From Flectonema sp. DT1601 (taxonomy: Eukaryota), in the NCBI GenBank assembly GCA_964019425.1, contig OZ025799.1:806001-870000 (forward strand): a stretch of DNA of 64,000 bases, in the 5' to 3' direction. The position numbers were made by a program, and so were the translations under genes. Below, in pieces: positions 31,946-44,147 of the stretch; position 1 is the stretch's first letter; the number at the start of each line of letters is the position of its first letter. The notes under the pieces are model-generated. The model saw only the letters and a list, made by a program, of their open reading frames with translations, had not been told where the DNA came from and searched no databases.

Positions 31946-34522
31946 CTAACACCTTCCATCGAGTTGGATAATGTCGAGGTTCTTCTTTGAGCAAACAGTG
32001 CGCCAGTAATCGTAAGTCCGATCACCAGTAAAAGAATTCAAGTCGCTGAGTAGCTTCTCCGCTTCATCGAACTGACCGTCAGCCAGCATTTCAACAAACC
32101 CATTCCACTTCCCAAAGGTACTCTCCGCTTCCAATTGGTACATCCATTCTTCTTCTTGGACTTTTCGTAGCGCCTTCGCTTCGTAGACCAACTGCGCTGC
32201 TTCTGAATGCTTTGCAAAGCAAACCAACCGCACTGCAACACAGTCTACATGAACCCTGGAGTGTTCAGCACATCTCTTATCAATCAAACAACTATACTTT
32301 TCAAAGGCCGAATACCTCTCGAGTGTTGCTGCAAATGATACCATCGGAGATAAGATTGAGAACTTCTTCATCCCAACAATTCCGATGTTGCCCACCTTCG
32401 CTTCCCCGGAAGACGTTGCGAACGACAACGGCAGCTGACAGTCCGACTTCGCCATCAGCCCACACTTGACTGCACAAGAACGGTGGTCACTATTAGCTCG
32501 ATTCGCATTGAAATACGCCATCAGTCTATCTCCGTTAAATGCATCGCACACTCCCTTGTTTTTCTCCACCGCGGATGTCAAGCATGTGATGAGAGAACAA
32601 TGCTGTTCAACTATGACGTCGTTGTTCCTTCTTGAATGCCAACCGATGCTGTTGAACATGATGACACTTATTGTCTTCTTCTTCAATCCCATTTCAACTG
32701 CTTGGTGGTGTTGAGCCACAGATCGACTGTGCGACACCTGTGTCCTTGATGCTGAACTACCTAAACCAGAACTCTTTGAGAGTGGTGACTCTTGACTCTC
32801 CTCATCATCTGACTTCATCAACACACTCTGCGGCATGTAATTCTTGTACTCAATTAAATTCTTAACCATTTTCCTAAACGATTGCTGCATTGCCCTCACC
32901 TCACTCAGAGAGCTCAAAGATACCGTCAGATCCACGGAATCGGTTTCCATCACAGCAACAGCAGCCATGTCATCACTCAACACAATTAGTGGTGAGATTA
33001 TAATATTTGTGAACACAACAGAGAGCCCTAATAGAATCACTACACAAGTAGCTGTCACTACGTACATGATGGTGTAGTTCTTATCACGTTCATCATCTGT
33101 GTCTTGTTTGTCTTTCACAATTTGAACACGAATAACTTCAGCAGCATCATCAATAACAGACATCACACTATTACGAGGGACTAAAAGGACTAGGTACCAA
33201 TGAATGTCTAATAACTTTACAGAAGCAACTCGCACCCAGTAGAGAACTGATGTGTTGGTGTCTGTCCAGTCAGCAACTGTTCCCGCTGGCAAACTCTCAA
33301 TGTGGTCGTAGTACTCACCGTAATTGCTGTTGTTGGCCATTTCTATCATGTGCCTGCCGTGTCTTGCGATTGGAGAGAGTTCCCCGTCTATCATTCCATT
33401 CAAAGTGTGATTGACGATTGGGAATGGCACACCTAATCTCCAGATTTCAAAACCTTCTGCATTAAGCTGCCTTATGGTGTAGGCTGCCTCACCAACATTG
33501 CAACCTGTAATGTGCTCCACTTTACCATTCCAGGGATTCTTTTCCAAAGAGTAAAGAACAGACCCTTCAGGGAGCGCTGTTTCCTTCATCATGAGACTGA
33601 TACCTGTCGTATCGATAGTAGTTGTGACATAACCTGTTCGGTGTCCTTGTCTTGGATAATAATTAACCTGCTCAGGATGTGCTATCGGCATACAAGCGCT
33701 TGTCGAGACAGTAGGACCAGCTCCACTAATCGGAGAATGTATTATGGCATCAGGCTCAATTAGGATTGTATTTTGATCTGGGTTCATCATGTTGTGAAAA
33801 CATCTGCCCCTCAAAATTTCAAGCACCGCTATTGGAGTTGCGTTTGAATCAGCAACGCATCTACCAACCTTAGTGAAATCAGCATAATTACAAGGTCCCT
33901 CAATGATATGACCTGATCTATTTGTGTTTCCAAATTGAAGATAACTCTGATAGTTAAATGGACCATACGGATATGATAAACGACCCTCTGCGACAACCTG
34001 ATTGAAACTTCCATCGTCGTATAGTCCAGCAACATAGTAGATTAGATGACTTCCCCACGCACCACCATAAGCTTGTCGAAGTGTTTCACTGTTAGGAGTG
34101 ACATCCCACATGATAAGAGTTATACCTATAGGTCCGTATTGTCGCATAGCGGATAAGTGTTTAGCGAAGACAGCTTTCCTGATTATTTTCTCCATGAAGT
34201 CAGGATTACCTACTTCATCAGGGTGAAATTGTGATATGTAATTCACTAGATCTCTCGAAATGATTGAAGGGCCGGCAATACTTCCATAGGCTCTTGTTCT
34301 GAAATCCATCAACACCGACAACAATAATTGTGCAGTCACACTCCTCACATTAGTACCACCACTTTCCATACACTGAGAAATACCTCGATCTCCTGTAGCA
34401 CGAGCATCATCTGTCGACTTGTTCCCCGTCGAGATCGACATCCCTCCCAAGATCAGACCTGTCGCAAAGATCATCGACACTGCCAGTGCCAGAGTGAGTG
34501 ACTGAACACCAAGTATTCCCAT
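31946..34522 (-). CDS. TM-sensor-TM-HAMP-class III cyclase-like receptor, copy 4 (858 aa)
   Basis: Paralog with the same architecture and an intact ORF. Confidence 0.88.
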   Translation of the reverse strand: MGILGVQSLTLALAVSMIFATGLILGGMSISTGNKSTDDARATGDRGISQCMESGGTNVRSVTAQLLLSVLMDFRTRAYGSIAGPSIISRDLVNYISQFHPDEVGNPDFMEKIIRKAVFAKHLSAMRQYGPIGITLIMWDVTPNSETLRQAYGGAWGSHLIYYVAGLYDDGSFNQVVAEGRLSYPYGPFNYQSYLQFGNTNRSGHIIEGPCNYADFTKVGRCVADSNATPIAVLEILRGRCFHNMMNPDQNTILIEPDAIIHSPISGAGPTVSTSACMPIAHPEQVNYYPRQGHRTGYVTTTIDTTGISLMMKETALPEGSVLYSLEKNPWNGKVEHITGCNVGEAAYTIRQLNAEGFEIWRLGVPFPIVNHTLNGMIDGELSPIARHGRHMIEMANNSNYGEYYDHIESLPAGTVADWTDTNTSVLYWVRVASVKLLDIHWYLVLLVPRNSVMSVIDDAAEVIRVQIVKDKQDTDDERDKNYTIMYVVTATCVVILLGLSVVFTNIIISPLIVLSDDMAAVAVMETDSVDLTVSLSSLSEVRAMQQSFRKMVKNLIEYKNYMPQSVLMKSDDEESQESPLSKSSGLGSSASRTQVSHSRSVAQHHQAVEMGLKKKTISVIMFNSIGWHSRRNNDVIVEQHCSLITCLTSAVEKNKGVCDAFNGDRLMAYFNANRANSDHRSCAVKCGLMAKSDCQLPLSFATSSGEAKVGNIGIVGMKKFSILSPMVSFAATLERYSAFEKYSCLIDKRCAEHSRVHVDCVAVRLVCFAKHSEAAQLVYEAKALRKVQEEEWMYQLEAESTFGKWNGFVEMLADGQFDEAEKLLSDLNSFTGDRTYDYWRTVCSKKNLDIIQLDGRC

Positions 34523-36268
34523 TTTCTTAAAATGAGAAAAGAAACCTGCAGTGAGGAGTATGATTAACAAAGGAAAGGAAAGGAAAGGAAATAGAGAACC
34601 AATAAATACATGACATGTCAACAGAACACATCACAAAATGGGTGGAATAGTACGAAAGCTCAAGCGGAATTGGCAGGGTGTTGGTTTGCTGAAAGGACTG
34701 AAAGATGATTTAATTAAAAGCTACGCACATTTCAGAGCTTATCAACAGTCAACCCATACGAAAGTTCCTCATCTACTCATAATCTTAACCTCCAACTTGG
34801 CTTCTGCAATGTTCTGTCTGATTGTTCCTATCCTAAGATAAGCTTTTTTAAACTCATCCTTATTTTCTACTAAGTGATCTTCAGGTACATATCCACGATA
34901 ATCAAGAGAGGAACACTACTACGTGATCTTCAAGATTTCAACTTTCTCTTTCGTTAGATTTGAATTAGAAAATGAGAAGATGAAAGTAGATTGCAATGCA
35001 CAAGACTAAACCATTGGGGATTAAAAAAGAAACTTAACATTAGAAAATCTTTCTTCGGACTATTTCCCTTACCCAGCCAGGTAGCGAGGCTCCCAGGGTA
35101 GAATAGACCACGCAATTGGGGTGTAAAAAATATATTTTAAGAAGAACTAAAGAAACGGTAATATGAACACAACTATAAATAAGATTGTCACACAAAACTA
35201 ATCACCTTAAATAGGAACCTAAGTTGCTGTCAAACAATGGCCAAGTTGAGTTCTTAATTAGTTGTTTTATTTGATTAATCAAATCCTCATTCAAATGGTT
35301 GAGGTTAAACATATAGTCAAGCAACAAAATATGTATCAAGTACTTGACTGAATAGAATATTTGGAGCGGGGAGATTTAATACGATACGAAAAGATATTTA
35401 TTTATTTATTTATTTATGAAGCCTAGGTGCTAAAAGTCAGGAAAAGCTCACAGGGTGAGACTCTCACAGACGATAAAAGACGTAGCATAACCTGAAACAA
35501 ATGACTACCTAAACATATATCTGGGAAGAATACTGCAAGTCTTTACAAAAAAAATAAAAACAATAAAAGTACTGTCACCATAAAATAAAGCTTCTTTGGT
35601 GGAGGCCACGTGAACGTAATTGAGCACCACTTGCCTACGCTATCGCAACAGTGAAAAAACAGCTGCAACTAAATTAAAATAAACATGCAAAATAAAAATA
35701 AGGGTTAGCAGTGGACGAACCCGACGTAAGAGCATCGGGTAAACTCCAAAATGCCACGAGGCAGCAGCAACGCAAAGTGGACCAAATCTTGTTAGGATTG
35801 TTATGGGATGGCTTACAGAGAGAAAAAAATACGGGGAGAAGCGAAAAAACCTTCTGCAGTTACAACCAAAAACATCGGGTTAATAGGAAAAAAACAGAAT
35901 TAAGTAGTACATTAGTTGGTAAGCTCGCAGACAAGTATCAGGATAAGCTCAATAGTGTAACAGTCAGATCTCTACCAGTTAAATGAAAAGAACTATTCGA
36001 AGTCTTTTATTTATGAAAGAATCTTCGGATCTCAATCCGAACATGAAAATATAAAAAACGGGAAAAGTCCCACTACTACTTCAACAGTGTAAATGTTCAT
36101 CATTTGATATTCACATCTGGTCTACTTTATTGTCTGCATCACATTCAGACAATAAAATAAATCCAAAAAAGTGGAAAGACGAAGAGCAGTTGACTAAAAG
36201 GATTTTACAACACTGAAAAGTGCTTGCAAAAAAAAAAAAACAGACGAAAAGTTAATCAAAAATAATTA

Positions 36269-37760
36269 CCGTAATTATAAATATCATGGTGTATAAAAAG
36301 TCTCCAAATCTCCAAAAAATGGCCAAATCCACCATCTTTATTATATCCAAAGTTTTTTTAGTACAATCATTCACAGAAAACACTTAGCAAAATTCGGATT
36401 CCAGAAAAAAAAAATTTCTTTTTTTTGACCTCTTTCTTTTGACTTTGGTACTAAGTTATCGACATTTTGAACTGGTTAAAGTTCTACAGGCTGGTCTTGT
36501 GTACCAACCTGGTGGGGGATTGATAACTAATGTTGAAGTTGCTTCCAGATACGTATCAGGACAACATATCCACAAATAACGTTGTTGGTAGCTGGTTGAA
36601 CACCAGTCTTAATGATGAATGATGTCAAAATTCCTAAAAGCAGCAAGTAGTAGTCTAGACGAGGCCAACTACAACTAAGGAGTTCCCTTCTCCAATCGTT
36701 GTAATACACCGAGGTATGAGGTGCGGTATTAAGAAACATGAACTCATGTTCACAACTACGGACTTCAGGAGCTCGAGTGGATTTGCAGGATTCACAATAC
36801 CTGCTTTTATAAAACCAGCCATGATAGTATTTTTCGTAATGCTATCAAGGGCTGTCACTATCTGGACCCTTCCCTTTCGCAGCGCGCTTTAAAGTTTCTA
36901 TCAGCTTCTTGCTTTGATTTTTTCAACTTTTCCTCCCGCTTGCGCATCTGCTCTGTCATCCACTCACCAAGAAAGTTTGATGCTTCTTTGAAGTTGGCCA
37001 TGACAGTTAGATCCAGATGAGAAGTCCATCCGCCTTGCACCAGTATAACCGTGATATTGGCTTCTTCAAATCGACGAAGGACTTCCTCAGTTATCTGCCC
37101 CCTAAACTGGTCATATACTGCGAGGCCAGGGTGATCCGATTGGAGTCCCAGCTCCTGGCGTTTCTTGTCTGAAACCAGAGAAGAGAAGCAAACACAGAGC
37201 CACCATAGGCACGGATATTCTCAATTAAATCGAGCACCCGCTTCCTCATCAGTGGTTAAGATGGTTGGTCTCCCAGATTTCACCTGCCCTTCTAGTGGTT
37301 CTCCCTTTGTCTTCCTCTTTTGTTCTTCAACCAAGAGCTTCATTGCCCTGCCTGCACTGTTGATCTCTTCTTATGGTCCGTGTTGAAGTATGCAATCGCC
37401 CTTGACACATTGGTGGCAGAGTTCACCATCTTACCAATGTTAAGCAACTCCCCCCTTGACCACTTCTCATAGCAGCGAGACGTTTGTGCTCTTTTACCCG
37501 CTCCTCTTTCTTTATCAAACCCAGCTCCACCTTGCTTACCGACGTCTTCAGGGGTTCAAAAGGATCCCGTTTTTTCAAAAAACTCCGCATAGTGTGAAAA
37601 ATTTCATCCCCAAAAACTACCATTTTACAGTCAAAATGTGTACTTTCATACTTTTTTATAAAAATCCACCAAGTTTTTTTTCCGAGAATCCACCATCTTT
37701 TTTATATCCAAAGTTGTTATACTCCAAATTTTTTATACACCGTGATATTTATAATTACAG
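36269..37760 (-). mobile_element. Defective pogo-like (Tc1/mariner superfamily) DNA transposon
   Basis: TA TSD (36267-8, 37761-2) and TIR CYGTAATTATAAATATCAYGGTGTATAAAAA. Minus-strand remnant 'LAVYDQFRGQITEEVLRRFEEANITVILVQGGWTSHLDLTVMANFK' resembles pogo DDE_1 motifs. Empty site AATAATTACATATATAG at ~24801. Confidence 0.88.
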
Positions 37761-38535
37761 TACATATATAGAGAGAAAAAAAACATCAGACTAATAGGAA
37801 GAAATAGAAACTAAGTCGCAAATTAGTTAGCAATAATAATTATCAGTCAATCAAAAAAAAGCAAATTTTCGTAGGACAACAAATAAGTTGGTTCGGGCTA
37901 AGATTAAAAACAATCTTTCTTCGGACTATTCTCCTTACCGAGCCCTCTTTAGCGAAAGAGAGCAAGGGGGACACTCATCGCGTTTGTCTTTCTCAGCCAA
38001 GGAACCACGTCAACATGGTTATTTTTTTTACCATTTAACACAGTCTCCTTATGAAATAGAGAACACATCACAAAATGGGTGGAATAGTACGAAAGCTCAA
38101 GCGGAATTGGCAGATATGATTACAAGATACACACTTCTAACTCTTACAACAAAGTAGCAGGCGAGTTACTACAAAAAAATGAGGAAGTAGTTGATCGCAG
38201 ACAGTTAAACTGACACACAAGAAAATAGATAACATCACAACTCGCAAATAACTTCTTCATCAGTCGGTGAAGGGGAAGAATTAATAATTAAAAGAGCACA
38301 TCCGCTAGACCAGTAGTCTTCCATGTGTGTGTTGTGTACAGCTACCTCATCACACGTTTTTCAGGACTACTGTCACTTCTTTTGCAGCACTGGAAAGTCG
38401 CCGCAAGATAAATTAAGAAATAATCAGCTTATTAAAATATACTGAGGACGGCACTGTATTGGATTCGTTTGCAAGAATAAATAATCACTCAGTTTTCGCA
38501 TCAATAATCTACACATGGGAATGAAATCAGAATCC

Positions 38536-41112
38536 CTAACACCTTCCATCGAGTTGGATAATGTCGAGGTTCTTCTTTGAGCAAACACTGCGCCAGTAAT
38601 CGTAAGTCAGTTCACCAGTAAAGGAATTCAAGTCGCTGAGTAGCTTCTCCGCTTCATCGAAATGACCGGCAGCCAGTATTTCAACAAACTCATTCCACCT
38701 CCCAAAGGTACTCTCCGCTTCCAATTGGTACATCCATTCTTCTTCTTCGACTTTTCGTAGCGCCTTCGCTTCGTAGATCAACTGCGCTGCTTCTGATTGC
38801 TTTGCAAAGCAAACCAACCGCACTGCAACACAGTCTACATGAACCCTGGAGTGTTCAGCACATCTCTTATCAATCAAACAACTATACTTTTCAAAGGCCG
38901 AATACCTTTCGAGTGTTGCTGCAAATGATACCATCGGAGATAAGATTGAGAACTTCTTCATCCCAACAATTCCGATGTTGCCCACCTTCGCTTCCCCGGA
39001 AGACGTTGCGAACGACAACGGCAGCTGACAGTCCGACTTCGCCATCAGCCCACACTTGACTGCACAGGAACGGTGATCACCATTAGCTCGATTCGCATTG
39101 AAATACGCCATCAGTCTATCTCCGTTAAATGCATCGCACACTCCCTTGTTTTTCTCCACCGCGGATGTCAAGCATGTGATGAGAGAACAATGTTGTTCAA
39201 CTATGACGTCGTTGTTCCTTCTTGAATGCCAACCGATGCTGTTGAACATGATGACACTTATTGTCTTCTTCTTCAATCCCATTTCAACTGCTTGGTGGTG
39301 TTGAGCCACAGATCGACTGTGCGACACCTGTGTCCTTGATGCTGAACTACCTAAACCAGAACTCTTTGAGAGTGGTGACTCTTGACTCTCCTCATCATCT
39401 GACTTCATCAACACACTTTGCGGCATGTAATTCTTGTACTCAATTAAATTCTTAACCATTTTCCTAAACGATTGCTGCATTGCCCTCACCTCACTCAGAG
39501 AGCTCAAAGGATTCTTCAGATCCACGGAATCGGTTTCCATCACAGCAACAGCAGCCATGTCATCACTCAACACAATTAGTGGTGAGATTATAATATTTGT
39601 GAACACAACAGAGAGCCCTAATAGAATCACTACACAAGTAGCTGTCACTACGTACATGATGGTGTAGTTCTTATCACGTTCATCATCTGTGTCTTGTTTG
39701 TCTTTCACAATTTGAACACGAATAACTTCAGCAGCATCATCAATAACAGACATCACACTATTACGAGGGACTAGAAGGACTAGGTACCAATGAATGTCTA
39801 ATAACTTTACAGAAGCAACTCGCACCCAGTAGAGAACTGATGTGTTGGTGTCTGTCCAGTCAGCAACTGTTCCCGCTGGCAAACTCTCAATGTGGTCGTA
39901 GTACTCACCGTAATTGCTGTTGTTCGCCATTTCTATCATGTGCCTGCCGTGTCTTGCGATTGGAGAGAGTTCCCCGTCTATCATTCCATTCAAAGTGTGA
40001 TTGACGATTGGGAATGGCACACCTAATCTCCAGATTTCAAAACCTTCTGCATTAAGCTGTTTAATGGTGTAGGCTGCCTCACCAACATTGCAACCTGTAA
40101 TGTGCTCCACTTTACCAGTCCAGGGATTCTTTTCCAAAGAGTAAAGAACTGACCCGTCAGGGAGCGCTGTTTCCTTCATCATGAGACTGATACCTGTCGT
40201 ATCGATAACGGCTCTGACATAACCTGTTCGGAATGCTTGTCTTGGATAAATATTAACTTGCTCAGGATGTGCTATCGGAGAACAAGCGCTCATCGAGACT
40301 CTAGGACCAGCTCCGATGATCGGAGAATGTATTGTGGCATCAGACTCAATTAGTATTGTATTTTGATCTGGGTTCATCATGTTGTAAAAACATCTGTTCT
40401 TCTCAGTTGTGTACTCTTCTGTTGCAGTTGCTTTCAAATCAGCAAAACATCTGCCAACCTTAGAGAAATCAGCATAATTACAAGGTCCCTCAATGATATG
40501 ACCTGATACGTTTGCGTTTCCAAACTCAAGAATATCCTGATAGTTAAATGGACCATACGGATATGATAAACGACCCTCTGCAACAATCTTAATGAAACTT
40601 CCATCGTCGTTTATCCCACCAACATAGTAACTTATAAGCCCTCCCCACGCACCACCATAAGCTTGTCGAAGTGTTTCACTATTAGGAGTGACATTCCACA
40701 TGGTAACAGAAATACTTATGGGTCCGTATTGTTCTAAAACGGATAAGAATTTAGAGAAAATTGCTTTCCTGATTGTCTTCTCCATGAAGTCAGGATTAGC
40801 TACTTCATCAGGGTGAAATTGTGTTAAGAATTTCACCATATTTCTCGAAATGATTGAAGGGCCGGCAATCGTTCCATAGACTCTTGTTCTGAAATCCATC
40901 AACACCGACAACAATAATTGTGCAGTCACACTCCTCACATTAGTACCACCACTTTCCATACACTGAGAAATACCTCGATCTCCTGTAGCACGAGCATCAT
41001 CTGTCGACTTGTTCCCCGTCGAGATCGACATCCCTCCCAAGATCAGACCTGTCGCAAAGATCATCGACACTGCCAGTGCCAGAGTGAGTGACTGAACACC
41101 AAGTATTCCCAT
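38536..41112 (-). CDS. TM-sensor-TM-HAMP-class III cyclase-like receptor, copy 5 (858 aa)
   Basis: Paralog with the same architecture and an intact ORF. Confidence 0.88.
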   Translation of the reverse strand: MGILGVQSLTLALAVSMIFATGLILGGMSISTGNKSTDDARATGDRGISQCMESGGTNVRSVTAQLLLSVLMDFRTRVYGTIAGPSIISRNMVKFLTQFHPDEVANPDFMEKTIRKAIFSKFLSVLEQYGPISISVTMWNVTPNSETLRQAYGGAWGGLISYYVGGINDDGSFIKIVAEGRLSYPYGPFNYQDILEFGNANVSGHIIEGPCNYADFSKVGRCFADLKATATEEYTTEKNRCFYNMMNPDQNTILIESDATIHSPIIGAGPRVSMSACSPIAHPEQVNIYPRQAFRTGYVRAVIDTTGISLMMKETALPDGSVLYSLEKNPWTGKVEHITGCNVGEAAYTIKQLNAEGFEIWRLGVPFPIVNHTLNGMIDGELSPIARHGRHMIEMANNSNYGEYYDHIESLPAGTVADWTDTNTSVLYWVRVASVKLLDIHWYLVLLVPRNSVMSVIDDAAEVIRVQIVKDKQDTDDERDKNYTIMYVVTATCVVILLGLSVVFTNIIISPLIVLSDDMAAVAVMETDSVDLKNPLSSLSEVRAMQQSFRKMVKNLIEYKNYMPQSVLMKSDDEESQESPLSKSSGLGSSASRTQVSHSRSVAQHHQAVEMGLKKKTISVIMFNSIGWHSRRNNDVIVEQHCSLITCLTSAVEKNKGVCDAFNGDRLMAYFNANRANGDHRSCAVKCGLMAKSDCQLPLSFATSSGEAKVGNIGIVGMKKFSILSPMVSFAATLERYSAFEKYSCLIDKRCAEHSRVHVDCVAVRLVCFAKQSEAAQLIYEAKALRKVEEEEWMYQLEAESTFGRWNEFVEILAAGHFDEAEKLLSDLNSFTGELTYDYWRSVCSKKNLDIIQLDGRC

Positions 41113-42741
41113 TTTCTTAAAATGAGAAAAGAAACCTGCAGTGAGGAGTATGATTAACAAAGGAAAGGAAAGGAAATAGAGAACCAATAAATACATGACA
41201 TGTCAACAGAACACATCACAAAATGGGTGGAATAGTATGCAAGCTACCAGAGAAGAAGCTTCTATTCTATTAAGACAGATGATGGAGTTGTTTCTAAGGA
41301 TTAGACCACATCCAGAGTCCAAGAAAATGATAAAGTGACACCTTACGAAAGAGATTTAACAAGAATTTCGGTACACATCCACGATGATCAAGAGAGGAAC
41401 ACTACTACGTTATCAAAGATAAATAAATAATCAAATTAATCATAACTGGTTTCGAGTTAAAACTAAAAGAAATCTTTCTTCGGAACCTACCGCTTACCAG
41501 CCCTTATCAAGGAAGAAAGAGGGGTGATACCGCAGCAAACTAATTTTCCCTTAAAGTGACCAGTTAGTATTAATGGTTATCAGTCAATCAAAAAAAGTTA
41601 ATCGAATACAAAAAGTTCGTTGAGCAACAAACAAATAATGATTGGTTTCGGGTTAACATTAGAAAATCTTTCTTCAGACTATTTCCCTTACCCAGCCAGG
41701 TAGCGAGGCTCCCAGGGTAGAATAGACCACGCAATTGGGGAGTAAAAAATATATTTTAAGAAGAACTAAAGAAACGGTAATATGAACACAACTATAAATA
41801 AGATTGTCACACAAAACTAATCACCTTAAATAGGAACCTAAGTTGCTGTCAAACAATGGCCAAGTTGAGTTCTTAATTAGTTGTTTTATTTGATTAATCA
41901 AATCCTCATTCAAATGGTTGAGGTTAAACATATATGTCAAGCAACAAAATATGTATCAAGTACTTGACTGAATAGAATATTTGGAGCGGGAGATTTAATA
42001 CGATACGAAAAGATATTTATTTATTTATTTATTTTATGAAGCCTAGGTGCTAAAAGTCAGGAAAAGCTCACAGGGTGAGACTCTCACAGACGATAAAAGA
42101 CGTAGCATAACCTGAAACAAATGACTACCTAAACATATATCTGGGAAGAATACTGCAGGTCTTTACAAAAAAAATAAAAACAATAAAAGTACTGTCACCA
42201 TAAAATAAAGCTTCCTTGGTGGAGGCCACGTGAACGTAATTGAGCACCACTTGCCTACGCTATCGCAACAGTGAAAAAAACAGCTGCAACTAAATTAAAA
42301 TAAACATGCAAAATAAAAATAAGGGTTAGCAGTGGACGAACCCGACGTAAGAGCATCGGGTAAACTCCAAAATGCCACGAGGCAGCAGCAACGTAAAGTG
42401 GACCCAATCTTGTTAGGATTGTTATGGGATGGCTTACAGAGAGAAAAAAACAGAATTAAGTAGTACATCAGTTGGTAAGCTCGCAGACAAGTATCAGGAT
42501 AAGCTCAACAGTGTAACAGTCAGATCTCTACCAGCTAAATGAAAAGAACTATTCGAAGTCTTTTATTTATGAAAGAATCTTCGGATCTCAATCCGAACAT
42601 GAAAAAATAAAAAAACGGGAAAAGTCCCACTACTACTTCAACTCACAAGGTTAGCATATATGAAAACTGTGATGTGATTGTTATTCAAAACTACACAATC
42701 TCAGCCAAAGTAAATAATTACAAGATACACACTTCTAACTC

Positions 42742-44147
42742 TTACAACAAAACAGTAGGCGAGTTACTACAAGAAAATGAGGAAGTAGTTGATCGCAGAC
42801 AGTTAAACTGACACACAGGGAAATAGATAACATCACAACTCTCAAATAGTACTATTTCTTCATCAGTCGGTGAAGGGGAAGAAATAATTAATAAACGAGA
42901 AACGTAAAATTGAGTTGAGCACATCCGTTAGACCAGTAGTCTTCCATGTGTGTGTTGTGTACAGCTACCTCATCACACGTTTTTCAGGACTACTGTCACT
43001 TCTTTTGCAGCACTGGAAAGAAGAAAAATACAATGTAAGAAATCAGCTTATAAAATATACTGAGGGTGGCACTACAGTGGATTCGTTTGCAAGAATAAAT
43101 AATCATTCAGTTTTCGAAGGAGATGTAATCTCCGCCCACATAGACGTGCTACACATGGGAATGAAAGTGAAAAAACAAAACAAAATGCCTTAGAATCATC
43201 CATCACTAATTTATTTTCATAAATCACGGCAAGCAACTCTGACTCTTACAACAAAACAGTAGGCGAGTTACTACAAGAAAATGAGGAAGTAGTTGATCGC
43301 AGACAGTTAAACTGACACACAGGGAATTAAATTATATCACAGCTCGCAAATAGTTTCCTCATCAGTCGCTGAAGGCGCAGAAATAATAAATAAATAAAAA
43401 ACGCAAAATTAAGTTGAGCACATCCGCTAGACCAGTAGTCTTCCATGTGTGTGTTGTGTACAGCTACTTCATCACACGTTTTTCAGGACTACTGTCACTT
43501 CTTTTGCAGCACTGGAAAGAGGAAAGCAACAAAAATTCAATTTAAGAAATCAGCTGAAAAAATATACTGAGGGTGGCACTACAGTGGATTCGTTTGCAAG
43601 AATAAATAGTCATTCAGTTTTCGAAGGAGATGTAATCTCCGCCCACATAGACGTGCCACACATGGGAATGAAAGTGAAAAAACAAAACAAAATGCCTTAG
43701 AATCATCCATCACTAATTTATTTTCATAAATCACGGCAAGCAACTCTGACTCTTACAACAAAACAGTAGGCGAGTTACTACAAGAAATGAGGAAGTAGTT
43801 GATCGCAGACAGTTAAACTGACACACAGGGAAATAGATAACATCACAACTCTCAAATAGTACTATTTCTTCATCAGTTGGTGAAGGGGAAGAAATAATAA
43901 ATAAAAGAACACATCCGTTAGACCAGTAGTCTTCCATGTGTGTGTTGTGTACAGCTACCTCATCACACGTTTTTCAGGACGACTGTCACTTCTTTTGCAG
44001 CACTGGAAAGTCGCCGCAAGATAAATTAAGCAATATCAGCTTATCAAAATATACTGAGGGCGGCACTGTAGTGCATTCGTTCGCAAGAATAAATAATCAC
44101 TCAGTTTTCGCATCAATAATCTACACATGGGAATGAAATCAAAATCC
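42742..44147. repeat. Triplicated ~505-bp 3'-flank module downstream of receptor copy 6
   Basis: Near-identical to 30538-31945; units start at ~42742, ~43246 and ~43753. Confidence 0.9.
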
